64,000 nucleotides of DNA from Sphaerodactylus townsendi (taxonomy: Eukaryota). The position numbers and the translations under genes are program-made. Shown piece after piece: positions 12,953 to 25,193 of the stretch. Numbering within the stretch: the first letter of the stretch is position 1; each line of letters opens with the position of its first letter. Under the pieces are notes generated by a model. That model made no database searches, was not told where the DNA came from, and saw only the letters and a program-made list of their open reading frames with translations. The stretch lies in NCBI RefSeq assembly GCF_021028975.2, contig NC_059436.1, positions 30,628,001 to 30,692,000 on the forward strand, given 5' to 3'.

Positions 12953-15900
12953 ATTGACTTCACATTTTCTTTTCCCATTTCTAAGAATATTAAAGTTCAT
13001 AAAGCTGCAATCCCAAAAACATTAAACTTGGAGTAAGCCCTACTATGAACGGATAATTTGTTGTAACATTTATACTTTCACACTATAAAACGTTTTGCAC
13101 TTTGTGATATCAAGGTTTGCTAAGCAGGGTGTAATGTTTATTTCTGTTCAAGTTTACAAAAGTCCCTAATAGCATACGTGCATAAAGCTGGCAAATGATC
13201 CCACAATCTTAGTGACCTTGGGATATTGCATCAGGAATGCCTTCTCTTTGGACGTTTGCCTGGAGCAGAAATTGTTATCTTCCTGGTGCCATTCCAAACC
13301 GGCATTTATTTTTTTCTGTGATCAACACAGGCCAGTTTTGTCAGGAACCAGTTCCTCCAAGGCTTTTGGCAAGTGATTCCCTTCCCCTACTCATCCCTAT
13401 GTATGATGCTTTGATTTTAGGTCTTCTGTTTTTAAATGGTTTCTGATGAACTGCTGGTGTTATATCTTGCGTCAGATGTAATTTATCTCTTTCTGCTGTT
13501 CAACATTTTTAGCAATGCTCATGCAGATTATGCAGTAACCCCACTGACTGATAACCTCATAATCAGATGACCTTAACCAATCCACTAAAGCATAGTTCTC
13601 AACAAGAATTGCCAACACTTGGATGACAAATTTGCAAGGCCCAGGCTCCATCCACCTTTAGGTGGGACCCACCCATCCTGTACTTGCTGTAAAGCTATGT
13701 GGGGAGGAAGTGGGAAAGTGGGAAAGAGGAAGGCTTTTAAAAGCTCACCTGCCCCAGTCATCCCTTTCCTGATTGGCCACTCAGATGACTCAGGGGCCAT
13801 TTATGCACTTGTGGTCTTATTTGCACTGAGCATGCATTCCCTTTGGATTCGATTCTCGGTTACATATACTTTTTTCCCTCCTCAAAACTCACTGCGCTCT
13901 CAGATTAGAGAATCTACACTGTTTCAAAAACCTGGTAAAGTGCAACTCCCTACCACCACCACCACCACCATCACATGTTCACAGGAAAAGTGAAGGCAAT
14001 CAACATATTTAAGCTTCCTTTGGGTTTTTCACCCCCACCCCACCCCACCGCAGTTTCTCCCACCAAAATTAGGATTCCAGGACAGGGAGGGAGGAAGTGC
14101 CCTGTGTTGCTCCCTCCCCTAGTGGGCACCCTTGTTCTTAAGCCTGGTTCATGCCTATAGTGAAGCCCTAAAAATGGACTGTACTCAGATGGATTCAAGT
14201 TTAAATACAAACCAGAAAAAAAACCCAGCAGCTCCTACCCCCAATGTTTGCTCACTTTACTGGTTTTCTCTTTGTTAGGAGGTTTTTTTAATAGGGGAGC
14301 ATTCCAACACACGATGAACCTCCCGAATCCTCCAGCTGCAATCTGCAGTGGTACAGGCCATTCTTTCCCCACAAGTCTCTGCCACCTTCTTTTCCCTGCA
14401 AGTGTTAATGTGGTTACCAGCATGATCAGGTTTACCCCTTTCTGCTTGACAGATGAGGGTTTTCCTTTCTTATAATGAATGGAATAGGCCAATGACCATT
14501 TTAAAGTTATTTATTTATTGCTCTGATTGGGAAGATGCAGTTGTTTCAAAAGCCGCCTCCAACCTTGCCTTAGTCTTTTGTGTACTTCCTGCTTCCCATG
14601 TGGCTGCTTCCTTCACAGGAAAGTTTTCCTACTTTTTTGTTTAAATAAAGATCTCCCTTGCTGCAAAGTGCCACTGTTTTGCCCACCCACTGCTTCCTTG
14701 GTCTTTGCATGCAACCTCCCTCTTCAGGGTGCTGAGCACCTATGGTCTAGTAGTGTTATTTTACTAGACTACTAATCTCATGTCAATCTCATGTCAATAT
14801 CACATTTAATTTTTTTAAAGGAAGTTTTTCAGATCACTCTGAAATGCAGTTTATGAGTGGCCATTTCATAAAGATCCTTCAATAATCCTTGTTTTACTGT
14901 AACAGAAAATACAAACAGAATCTTGAATATATTCCACAAGGAAAACAATTGTCACAGAGGGAAAATCCTAATTACCACAGTTATAATCCCACATAATGAG
15001 TCATAATCCCTAAGTAATTTGAAATGTACGGTTCCCTTACTGCCCGCAATTTCCCCCAAGATTCGTCCTTTCCCTTGCTTGCCTACATGCTTTTCCCCTA
15101 TTTTATTTTTTTTCTTACCTAATCCCTTTCTATTACAAAAAGTTTGGAAGCGGGTCGTGGGCCTGCAGCTTGTTCCCTGGAGGATAAAGGCCTAAAATAA
15201 ATTATGTTCCAATTTCAATTTTCAATTTGTGAAACACTTTTTAAGTTGAATTATTATGGGGATCTGAAAAGCGATTGTTTTCATTGTGCCGACTGACTAT
15301 CTATACAGAAAACTTAAAGACCTATATATAAGAGGTTATCAATTATTTGGGCCAAGATCCTTGGAAATCCAGTTTTTTGTTCAAAGAGTGATCTCCTCCT
15401 GATTATGTTTTCTTTTACCTTACATTGACAAAAAAATCCAGATTAGCTTCAGACATCCTTTGCTTCCAACAACAAAGACAGATTCTGTGTAAAAGCTATG
15501 AAATGCAGTGTTAGGAGCGTGGCTTTAACTTGGTTTAGAAATAGAATCCTTTAATCTTGTCGTTCATTAGACAAAGGAAAGTTGTATGTCTTTATAGTTC
15601 TTTACCCTGTTATTGTTACATCAAAAAATAAAAGCACTTTGTTCTGAAATGTGTGATCTCATACAATGCAGTAAGTCTCTTCCAGGGAGAGCTTTCTATT
15701 ATTACTTCTATTCAGCACCTTATTATGGTGTATAATGGGTAGGCTGAGTGGCCAATGGTGTAAAGATGACAGTCACTCAGACCAATCATACATAGGTATC
15801 ATTGGTTCTGCCCTCCCCTCTGCAAACGCCCATGTTTACGAATCTCATAAAACTAACACAGTCATAGCATGAAATGGGTACATTGCTCATTCTGACTCTA

Positions 15901-16169
15901 GAGGGAGATAAAAGGCAGATAAATAGCTTTGCAAGAACAGCAGGCGGAGATGGAGAGCACTAGTTCTGTAGACAATCCCTCCACCTGAACTATGAGAAAG
16001 AACGATTTCTTTTCTCACATGGGCCAGGGCTGGCAGCTTTGATCCAAAAATGGAGGCCTGATAACTATGCAGCCCTAATCAGTAAATACCTCAGGGGGGT
16101 CCTAACTGAAGTCAGTTCCCTCAGACTCTTATAGCAGAGCAATTTCCCTAGTTAAAATGTCAGTAAGCA

Positions 16170-16355
16170 TGTAGCTCCAGGTCAGATCTCAGAAGCTACG
16201 CAGGGTGTCAGCCCTGGTAAGAATTTGGATGGGCAACCACCAAGGAACACCATGAATATGACCCCGAGGCAGGCAATGGCATACCACCTCTGAATGTCCC
16301 TTGAAACCCCTATGGGGCGTCATAAAACAGCTGCGACTCAATGGCACACAAAAAA
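16170..16355 (+). mobile_element. 5S rRNA-derived SINE
   Basis: gtcagatctcagaagctacgcagggt...tttggatggg head, BovB-like tail and short A-run. Reverse copies at ~23650-23830 and ~41660-41850. Confidence 0.7.
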
Positions 16356-16724
16356 AGTATGAAAGAGGTTCTCGCTAATGAATCGTCTTAGAACGAATGC
16401 AGCACGTCAAGCCTATTCCCCCATTGCATGGGTATCTAATCAGCAATCATTTGAACCCTTTTGAACTCTAGTTTGAGAGGTAGCATTTCCAGACATGGAC
16501 CTGCAGGGCTGGAAACAGGGACCTTTGCAAGTGCTGGCAGTCAGAGACAGAGGACTAATGGAGGACTAACCCAAAACGCAGACCTATCCAAATTCATGCA
16601 TCTGCATTGAGCAATAGGAAAGCAAAGCAATCCCATCTAACCCAGGCAAAAGAGATTTGGAAAGTACACATGCAAAAATGGCACCCTCTCAGACACAGTC
16701 AGTGCCACAGAATGGGGTGAAAAG

Positions 16725-17177
16725 TGATTGGGATTTTCTGAACAATATATATTCAGAGATATACTTAAGGTAGCAGAGATGCGCAGTGACAAAAATAAAG
16801 ATATGCAGAGATTCTGAGTTTGCTTTTATAAAGAAAGAAAGTTTACTAGCATAAAACAAGGGAAGGTTACATGGGTGAAAAACAAGAAAGGCTATGCTAA
16901 CAAGATACACAGTTAAGGCTACATTTTGTCTCTAACTAGCAAGCCTCGTGGCTTGTTCTGATCTGGTAGCAAGTGGTGTGCATCTCACACACACACACAG
17001 ATTCAGTCTGAACAAAGAAGACAGGCTAACTTTATAACCTTTGATCTACGTGATCTGCTGACCAATAACTGACCAACAGACCAGGTCATAAAATCGTGAC
17101 CGAAACAACTGCTTTACATACAAACAGTTAACCCTTTGGTAGCTGGATTGGGTGGCAGACCCTTGCAAATTCCAACA
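16725..17177 (-). mobile_element. solo LTR
   Basis: TG...CA termini with imperfect inverted ends (tgattgggattt / aaattccaaca) and a 4-bp TSD AAAG at 16721-16724 and 17178-17181. TATA-like at ~17031 and AGTAAA at ~16842 on the minus strand. Confidence 0.6.
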
Positions 17178-17455
17178 AAAGTGCTGGCTCACTGGAGTGT
17201 TGGGGTCAGCATATTGATTTGCAATTCATGTACATAGCTGCTGCTCCTAACCCAAGCCCTGTCAAGGTGAGTAACAGTTAAAACAAAAAATAAAATATCC
17301 CCAAATGTCACAATGAAAAATAATAATATAAATAGTGTTTAAATTATAACAGAATAATAATTTTTTAAAAATCCTGACACTGAACAATTGAACCTCCCAG
17401 TTCATTCCTCCCTACACCTATGAACACAGCAGTGTCTCTTGCATCTGGGTCAGCA

Positions 17456-17461
17456 TTTATT
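17456..17461 (-). terminator. poly(A) signal AATAAA of the IL36RN-like gene
   Basis: tttatt on the + strand, ~200 nt past the stop codon. Confidence 0.5.
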
Positions 17462-17664
17462 GCTCACAAGACATGCTTTCCTCCTCTTCCTTTCTCTATG
17501 TTAAAAATCCAGCGAAGGACAATCTACAAGAGGCAGCTCTAGGACAGTAATCAGGTAATTTGGAATGGAATTCCTCATCTTGACACTTTCCAGATTTGTG
17601 GGATGGAATTCTTGACTCCTTTGGTGCTTCTTACATATCCCTCAGCCAGTACCAGTTTCCTGGG

Positions 17665-20600
17665 CTATTTACGTTGGAAATGGAAGTCAGTGAGGTTAAC
17701 TTCACCAGGGTGGTTGGTGAGCGTGAGGGGATTATGGGCCTCCAGTGGTGAGCAGAGGTACCACCCAGGGTAATTGGCTGATTCAAACGTATGGGTGCCA
17801 TTATAATGCTTGAAGAAGGTGAACCGTTTGGCCTCCTCCTCATTGTAAAAAAGATGAATGAGATTTGTATCCTGGAAGAAAACAAAATGTTTGTGAGAGA
17901 GAGACATGTCCACTTGCAAATTGGAGACTGTGCATGAGTGTGCATCTGAAAGAAAGGGTGGTTGATCTGTGCTAGAAGGAATATGAGAGCCAAAATAGAG
18001 GTGATCACATCCATTTGTCCAGCATGGGTTCACATACCGCCGTAATGGCCCTCAGTTTGGTGAGTTGAGCACTCTTGTGTCTCACCCCCCCATCCCCCAA
18101 TCTTTTAAGTGCCAAAATGGCTGCCCCTTGCCAGGATCTTGCAGCATTTTTAAAACACTTCAAAATGTCAACGGCATCCTGGTGGCAGACATGAAGATAC
18201 CTTCACATCTTGAGCTGGACTAAGCTGGAGTGAAGCTTCAGCGATTCCTAATGTGGTGCATGTTGATACATTTCCTGGGTTGGCATCTGTTTGTTTCTGT
18301 CCCATAGTATCTCTCCACCAAAGCAAAGTGATCTCCCACCTTTCCTTTTTACTGGAGTAGGAAGTGCTTCAGAAGAGCTCATGAGGCACCAGCTTTGTTT
18401 CTGCAGGAAGCACCCATTTTGGAAACAGCTGTCTGACACTAAGGGCCCTTCCACACTTGCAGAATAATGCACTTTCAATCCACTTTCACAACTGCTTGCA
18501 AGTGGATTTTGCTATTCCGCATGGTAAAATCCTGCTGCAAAGTGCACTGAAAGTGGATTGAAAGTGCATTGTTTTGCATGTGCGGAAGGGTCATAAGTTT
18601 CAGGACTTGATCAGTCCCTGTGACAACCATTTTGTGATCAGCCCCACATCCCCTTGGCAATCATTTTGTTGTAGCACCCATGACCAGTTTTTCAAATTCT
18701 AATTCCCACAAGTTCACCAAGATTAAGGACCCCTGGACTCTAAGGAAGAGATGGCCCCGAACTTATCAGCATGAGGAGCTTTCAGCTTGGACAGTTAATT
18801 TGAACACCTCTCTCAGTGGAAAAGGAACTTGCTCTTGGCTATGGGAACAAGGCCCCAGGAGGCTGAGAGCAAAGGGTCACCCAAGCTTACCTCCAGTTGC
18901 AATTTGGGGTCATTATCTTTACCACATGAGATGCCCTGGCTGCCCCCTTTGACCCCCAGGATCAGAGGGATCCTTGCACGATCCATATACCTATTGGGAA
19001 GAACGCTGAGGATCTCTGCAGAAAAGAACAGGGAGAAAAGGAAATCTTTGCATCATCATATATTGCATTCCAGAGGCAATCCCATACAGTCCTCTTCTTT
19101 ACAGTAGAAATTTCTTAGCAATTCAGGTATCTCCTCCAAAGGAAATGCTTCAGTTGTGGGAAACTGCATTTCCCCTGCAATATATCACATTTGTTGTTGT
19201 TGTTGTTGTTGTCGTCTGAAAAATGCAACCAGCTCTTTCCATTAGCACTTTGATGGGGGTGAGAAATGATGCGCAGGCTGGAGTCACCAATATGTGACAT
19301 CGGCCCTTTCCCTACTTACCGTTTGCTGTGCGCTACTCTCCCCAAATAGCGTGGGGTCCAGCAGCGTTCCCTACGAGTCCGGGTGGCGACAACGCAGCCG
19401 CCCCAACTCTGCCGCTCTTGCGTCCCCTCAGTGACCGTCATTTCTGGCGCTGAAAAAAATGGCACCTTTTGATGACCGGGGCAGTGGGGAACACGACCCC
19501 GCGCCAGAAATGACTCGCGCTGAGAGTAGCGCGCCGCAAACGGTAAGTGGGGAAAGGGCCATCATTTGGGACCAGCACCTCCGTTGCTCCCAATGACTCA
19601 AAAGTTCCAAGAGGGAAGTGGGGCTTCAGTCTTTTCTCTTCTGCCATTTTGCTGTGGGTGAACATAGTGGAGCCTGATAAAGGGACCAACAGCCCCCACC
19701 ACCACACCACAGTCGCCATTTTGACTGAAAAATGGCACAGGAAGGAAGTCTGACACCCCTCCTTTCACCTTGCAACATTTGAAGCCAGGTGGGGCAGCAA
19801 AGAGGGGTTTTTTAAAGTTTAGTTTCCACATGACCATGTGACTGAAAAATTGGTTAGGCACCCATGACCCACCTCATATCACACATATGTTGGCCCTGAG
19901 TAACAGCATTTGGCAGTTTTGGAAAATTCCGGAAAGGACAGCGAAAGCCAAGAGCAGGCCAAAAGTGAAGCATCTCTGGAGATCTGATATGGCATAATAA
20001 CTCTGCTGCCTGGTACCTTTTGGTTTTCACCAGCTCTACTTGCGTAATTGTGAATAAAGCAGCAGTTACCCTGCTTCTCCAGAACTCTTTCACCCAGAGG
20101 AAACTAAATCTGGTTGTGCTTCCCTGCTGAAGCTTAGGAAATTAAGATGCTTGTGAATTAGAAGGTGATAATGTGAGCCTCTGTTAGGCATCCAGACTTT
20201 GGGTCTGCTGAAGGTACCAGCAGAGCAGAAGAGTCCCCAACAAAGAAGTATTAAGGCAACCAACCTTCTTGAGCAGAGTTGTCGCCTTGCAGGGGGGCTG
20301 CTATGAGGTTCCTGTCCTGTAGATAAAGGCCCTTTTGGTCAACATCTCGGAGGCTATAACTACGTAGTTGAATACTTTCAGGAACTTCTTCTGGTATTGC
20401 TGATGCAGGAGTAAAATGGGGTACCATCGATGCTGCAATTCATGGAAAAGAAAACCCAGATAACTTAGTAACCACATAGGACATGACAATCATTGAATCT
20501 CTCATCAGCAACAAGCCTCAGTGGACATCTACTTCAGTACCAGTTATAAATAAGCTTCAGAAGATGACATTTGATTGAAGTAGCAAGTAGCAGAGTGATG

Positions 20601-22526
20601 GACTAGATGGACTCTGGTCTGATCCAGCAGGCTAGTTCTTATGTTCTTATGTTCTTAAAATGGCCAATGAAATAGAAATTACTGGTAGCCATTTTTGTCC
20701 AAAGGGAAAAATCTGAAGCAACTACACAAAATAGCAACAGTTGTGCTACCTGAGGGTCCCCCCCCCCCATCTCCTTGGTTCCACCTTAGAAATATCATGT
20801 TCTTCAGCCTTGGGCTGTCCATGATGCCCAATATCTTTTTCTCTACATCCCTACTCTTTCCCCCATTTTTTTTTTGCTTACCTCCATTCAGAAGACATGC
20901 CCTGGAGGACCAGAAAACTTTCTCACTACTTTGTGATGTTTTAGCTGGTTCCAATGCATGTGTTCCCTGCTGCTGCTGCTGTTTGATTTATCTACGGACT
21001 AATATAGGTATCCACAATTTTGGTCAACTTTGGAGAATATTGTACTGAATTCTGTCATCTAGTAGAGGGATCTTACAGTGGAAGGAAGAGGACTTTCTGC
21101 TACCTTACGGTGGGATTTTGCTTCTGGGAGAAACACCTTCCCACCATTAGGAACCACAACTCAGTTTGCGTTCTCTTACCTCCATTCTAGTGTTCCATCC
21201 TAACATTTACTCTTCCATTTTGCAGGCATTAGACTGCAGTTTTTCTGTACTTCTGTCTGTTGTACTTTGATTAATGCTGGAGACAGTTCCAAAATACTGC
21301 TGGTTTTGATATTACCAAAGGAACGGCTGCATTACATCTTGGCATCAGTAGCTTTTGGAACAACCTGATATTTTTTTCATTCACCGTCTACTCTAATGAA
21401 ACCTGCATCCTACCTTCTCTCCTCTAGCCTTAAAAAGTTCTAATGATTGAAATAAAAATTGCTTACTCTTTCGTCAGTGTGTTAATTGGTCATAATGAAG
21501 GTGAGAGTCAAGGAGGTTTACATCTCTGAGAAGTTTGTGCATTACTAAATGACTGGAACATTCTTTCTGGAATTCCATCTAAACTTACCTCACTAATGTC
21601 ATAGTAAAATAATATAATAATAGAGCTGGAAGGGGCCATACACACCATCTAGTCCAATCCCTGCCCAATGCAGCATCAGCCTGAAGCATCTCTGACATGT
21701 GTTCGTCCAACCATTACTTGAAGACTGCCAGGAAGGGGAAGTTCTAGGCAGTTGCTTCCAGTGATGAACTACTCTTACTGAAAAAAAAAATGTCTTCCTA
21801 AAATCCATCTGGTACCTTTCTGTCCATAATTTAAACCCATTATTGTGAGTCCTATCCTGCGCAGCCAATAAGAAAAGCTCCCTGTTCTCCTCTAAGTGAC
21901 AACCTTTGAAATATTTAAAGAGAGCAAATGTGTCCTCACCCCTCAGTCTCCTCTTCTCCAGACTAAACAGTCACATGTTCCATCAGCCTTCCCTCACAGG
22001 ACTTGGTCACCTGATCACCCTGATCGCTGTCCTCTGCATCCACTCTATCCTGTCCACATCCTTTTTGAAGTGAGGTCTCCAGAACTGCACACAGTATTCC
22101 AGGTGCTGCCTGACCATTGTGGTGTACAGCAGGACTATGACATCTGCAGTTTGGATGTTATGCCTCTGTTGATACACCCCAAGACTGCATTAGCCTTTTT
22201 TCGCCACTGCATCACATTGACTGCCCATATTTAGTTTACAGTCTACTTGTACCTTCTTGTCTACACACACTTCTACCAAAAAGTGTATCTCTCATCCAAG
22301 ATGCAGTATCCATCCAGTAATTCAGCCCAATTGCTTTGTGTTCAATCCTCAGTGGTTAGAAGGGTCAATTCCCTCTTCTTTCTAATGCCCTATTAAGTAT
22401 TCCTCTTCCTTCTTTTGCCCCCAAGTGCATACCTGAATCAAATAACTGTGCAAACCAATCCACCATATCTTTGTCCACTACTGTTCTGTGGACAGCTGAT
22501 TCCTTTGGCTTGTCTTCTACAGCCAT
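17665..22526 (-). CDS. IL36RN: IL-1 family cytokine, IL-36 receptor antagonist-like, with N-terminal pro-piece (197 aa)
   Basis: Exons complement(22526-22433, 20432-20265, 19015-18891, 17871-17665) = 94+168+125+207 = 594 nt, all GT-AG with matching phases. Protein: MAVEDKPKESAVHRTVVDKDMVDWFAQLFDSASMVPHFTPASAIPEEVPESIQLRSYSLRDVDQKGLYLQDRNLIAAPLQGDNSAQEEILSVLPNRYMDRARIPLILGVKGGSQGISCGKDNDPKLQLEDTNLIHLFYNEEEAKRFTFFKHYNGTHTFESANYPGWYLCSPLEAHNPLTLTNHPGEVNLTDFHFQRK. IL-1 signature FESAxxPGWYLC; ILSVLPNR...PLILGVKGGSQ is IL-36Ra/IL-38-type. Family assignment is firm; the symbol is tentative. Confidence 0.88.
19302..19560. mobile_element. palindromic Harbinger-like MITE
   Basis: Long TIRs ggccctttccctacttaccgtttgc / gcaaacggtaagtggggaaagggcc. 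Confidence 0.75.
21600..22310 (-). mobile_element. CR1 LINE 3' fragment in an intron of the IL36RN-like gene
   Basis: Translation DRTHNNGFKLWTERYQMDFRKTFFFSVRVVHHWKQLPR matches the CR1 ORF2 C-terminus; CR1-type 3' UTR follows. Confidence 0.85.
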
Positions 22527-23248
22527 TTCTTCTGAAGGGAAGAACAGATGTTCCTCACTCTGCAGATTACGAGGGGATTTCTGTAATTGTGAGAAGAGAA
22601 TTAGTGTCTCTGTATGGATGCATTTCTTGCCCTTCAAACCCAGAAATCTCCTTTCCTTACCTATATCCAGAATCACACTTGAATTAATTGCTAAATAGGA
22701 CTGAAAAACAAAAACCATGACACCTTTTGCTAGGACCAACCCAAATAACACATAACAATGTGCAACCTTTTGAGTTCTCCCAAACTCTTTATCAATCTGT
22801 ATGTTAAGAAAAAAGAAAATAAAAGATGTTTCCACATAATGATATTCAGGGGTTGTCTTAGCCAGAGGCAGCTGCCCCAGGCCCCATGCTGGGGCTCCTG
22901 ACTGCCCACAATCCTGCCCTCCACAAAGCAAGGAGGGGGAGAAGGAGGATCTCACTGCTGCAACTTGCACCCATCCTGTCTAAGGCTTGGGCAGCGAGCT
23001 TCCACTGACTGCTTCCATCATCTCACATGAGAGTGAGGAGAACCTCTTGATCAGTCTCAGCAGGAGAAACTGGCAAGAGGCCCTGGAAGAGGTGGCAGTG
23101 ATTTTGTGGTGCCAGCCCGCCCTATTGTCCAGGGCCCCAGGTATACTAAGAACCAACCACTGCATGTAGAATACTGAGTAAGTATGCAGAGAGTCTTGTC
23201 TCTTCAGAAGGCCAAAGGTGTCCTGAGAAGCATGAAGTGGTCTTCAGA

Positions 23249-23590
23249 TAGGGTGTCCAACCTCCAGAGGGCATCTGGAGATCTCCTGCTATTATAACTG
23301 GTCTCCAGACAAAATATATCAGTTCCCTCTGTAGAGAATGACTGCTTTGGAAACTCTATGCCATTATACCCTGCTGAGTTCCTTTCCCTTCTCTAAACCC
23401 TGGGTCCACCCCCAAAATCTTTAGGATATGGCCCAGAAGCGTAGCTCCAAGGGGACAGGGGATGTGACGCACCAGGTGCGCGCCCCTGAGGGGGCGTGGC
23501 AGGGGCATGGTGGTCTGGGATGGGGCAAAGGATGCACTGGTGTACCAGGCGCTTTCCCCCCGTTGCTACTCCTCTGATATGGCCACCCTA
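23249..23590. mobile_element. hAT MITE containing a nested hAT MITE (23434-23576)
   Basis: Outer ends tagggtgtcca / tggccacccta with TSD tcttcaga / tctttaga; inner element flanked by a perfect 8-bp TSD ATATGGCC. Confidence 0.8.
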
Positions 23591-23918
23591 TCTTTAGACC
23601 ATGGCCTGAAACATCTCCTCCCGCTCTCCTATTTTAAACAAGTATGTGTGTGAAGTGCTGTCATGTCACAGCCAACTTATGGCAACCCAGTAGGCTTTTC
23701 AAGGCAAGATACTTTCTCTACATAGCTACCATGGTATTCCTTGATGGTCTCTCATCCTAGTACTAACCAGGGTCAACTCTGCTTAGCTTTGAACTCAGCT
23801 GAGATCAGGCTAACCTGGACCATGCAAGCCAATTAAAAGTTCTAGAGAGTTCAAAAGCATGCACACTGCTTTGTAATATTTTCACTGGTCTGACTGGAAA
23901 GTATGGCATGGCTTTTGG

Positions 23919-24887
23919 CACTGGCGTAATGCCCATTGGGCAAGTTGGGCAGCTGCCCAGGACATCACCTTGTGGGGGGCATCAAAATGCTGGGTTCGTT
24001 TCTGGGTATTTTAGTGGTTTTCCATTTTTGGCCCGCAGTTGTTAGGCTAGCGGCACCAAAATTTCAGCGTATCATCAGGAGACTGTTCTTATGCTACCCC
24101 CCAAGTTTGGTGAGGTTTGTTTCAGGGAGTCCAAAGTTATGGACTCCCAAAGGGGGTGCCCCTATCCCCCATTGTTTCCAATGGGAGCTAATAGGAGATT
24201 GGGGGCTACAGTTTTGAGGGTCCATAACTTTGGCCCCCCTGAATCAAATTGCACCAAATTTGGGGTGTATCATTAGGGCAGTCTCCTGATGAGACCCTGA
24301 AAGTTTTGAGACTGTGCCTTTAGAAATGTGCCCCCCACAGCCTGCAACCCCCATTGACAGCAATGCAGAAAACTCAATGCAGAACAAAGATTCTTGGGCA
24401 AATTTCTAGGATGTTCCTGCAGGGGGTGCATTTTTGGATGTATCGGCACCAGAATTTCAGGGTATCATCCAGAGATGATGGCACCCCTAAGATTCTGAAT
24501 TTTTGCAGTTTGGTTCAGGGAGGCCAAAGTTATGGACTCCTCCAAAACTGTAGCCCCCATCTCCTATTAGCTGCCCCATTGAAAAACAATGGGGGAGTTG
24601 GGGACCCCTTTTGGGGAGTCTATATAACTCTTGGGACTCCTTTTTGAACCAAATCTCACCCCAAAACTTGTGGGAGTAGCATAAGGACAAGCTCCTGATG
24701 ATATGCCGAAATTCTTGGTGCTGATATGTCTAAAACTGCACCCCCTGCAGGCACCAATGTCCTGGTGCAAAAAGAAATTTGGTCATGGTGGAGTGGCCAC
24801 CCATGGGGGGGGGGGGGCATCCAACTCAGTATTCTTGCCCAGAGGCCACAGCCTCTGCCCAGGGCTGCCTCGCTGTTACAGCCCCTG
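23919..24887. mobile_element. 969-bp non-autonomous hAT element
   Basis: Ends cactggcgtaa / ttacagcccctg; perfect 8-bp TSD GCTTTTGG at 23911-23918 and 24888-24895; internal repeats. Confidence 0.85.
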
Positions 24888-24929
24888 GCTTTTGGTTCTT
24901 GGCTTTTGGGGTCTTTTTGGTGGGGAGTG

Positions 24930-25193
24930 GGGGCTTTGATTCCCCACAGCTCTGCTCTCTTCGAGCTGTGGAGGCTTATTTGGGAATTCAGATTAGGGCC
25001 TGTGCATTCCCACACACGCCAGCTGGGTGACCTTGGGCTAGTCACAGCTTCTCAGAGCTCTCTCAGCCCCACCTACCTCACAGGGTGTTTGTTGTGAGGG
25101 GGGAAGGGCAAGGAGATTGTAAGCCCCTTTGAGTCTCCTGCAGGAGAGAAAGGGGGATATAAATCCAAACTCTTCTTCTTCTTCTTCTTCTTC
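24930..25193 (+). mobile_element. SINE (Squam/CORE-like) with (TTC)n tail
   Basis: gctgggtgaccttgggctagtcac...cctcacagggtgtttgttgtg...ataaatccaaac(tct)n. Copies at ~36795-37077 (+) and ~56760-56925 (-). Confidence 0.75.

Noticed and set aside
16170-16260. 5S rRNA gene
   Set aside because: Partial and diverged, fused to a SINE tail and present in several dispersed copies.
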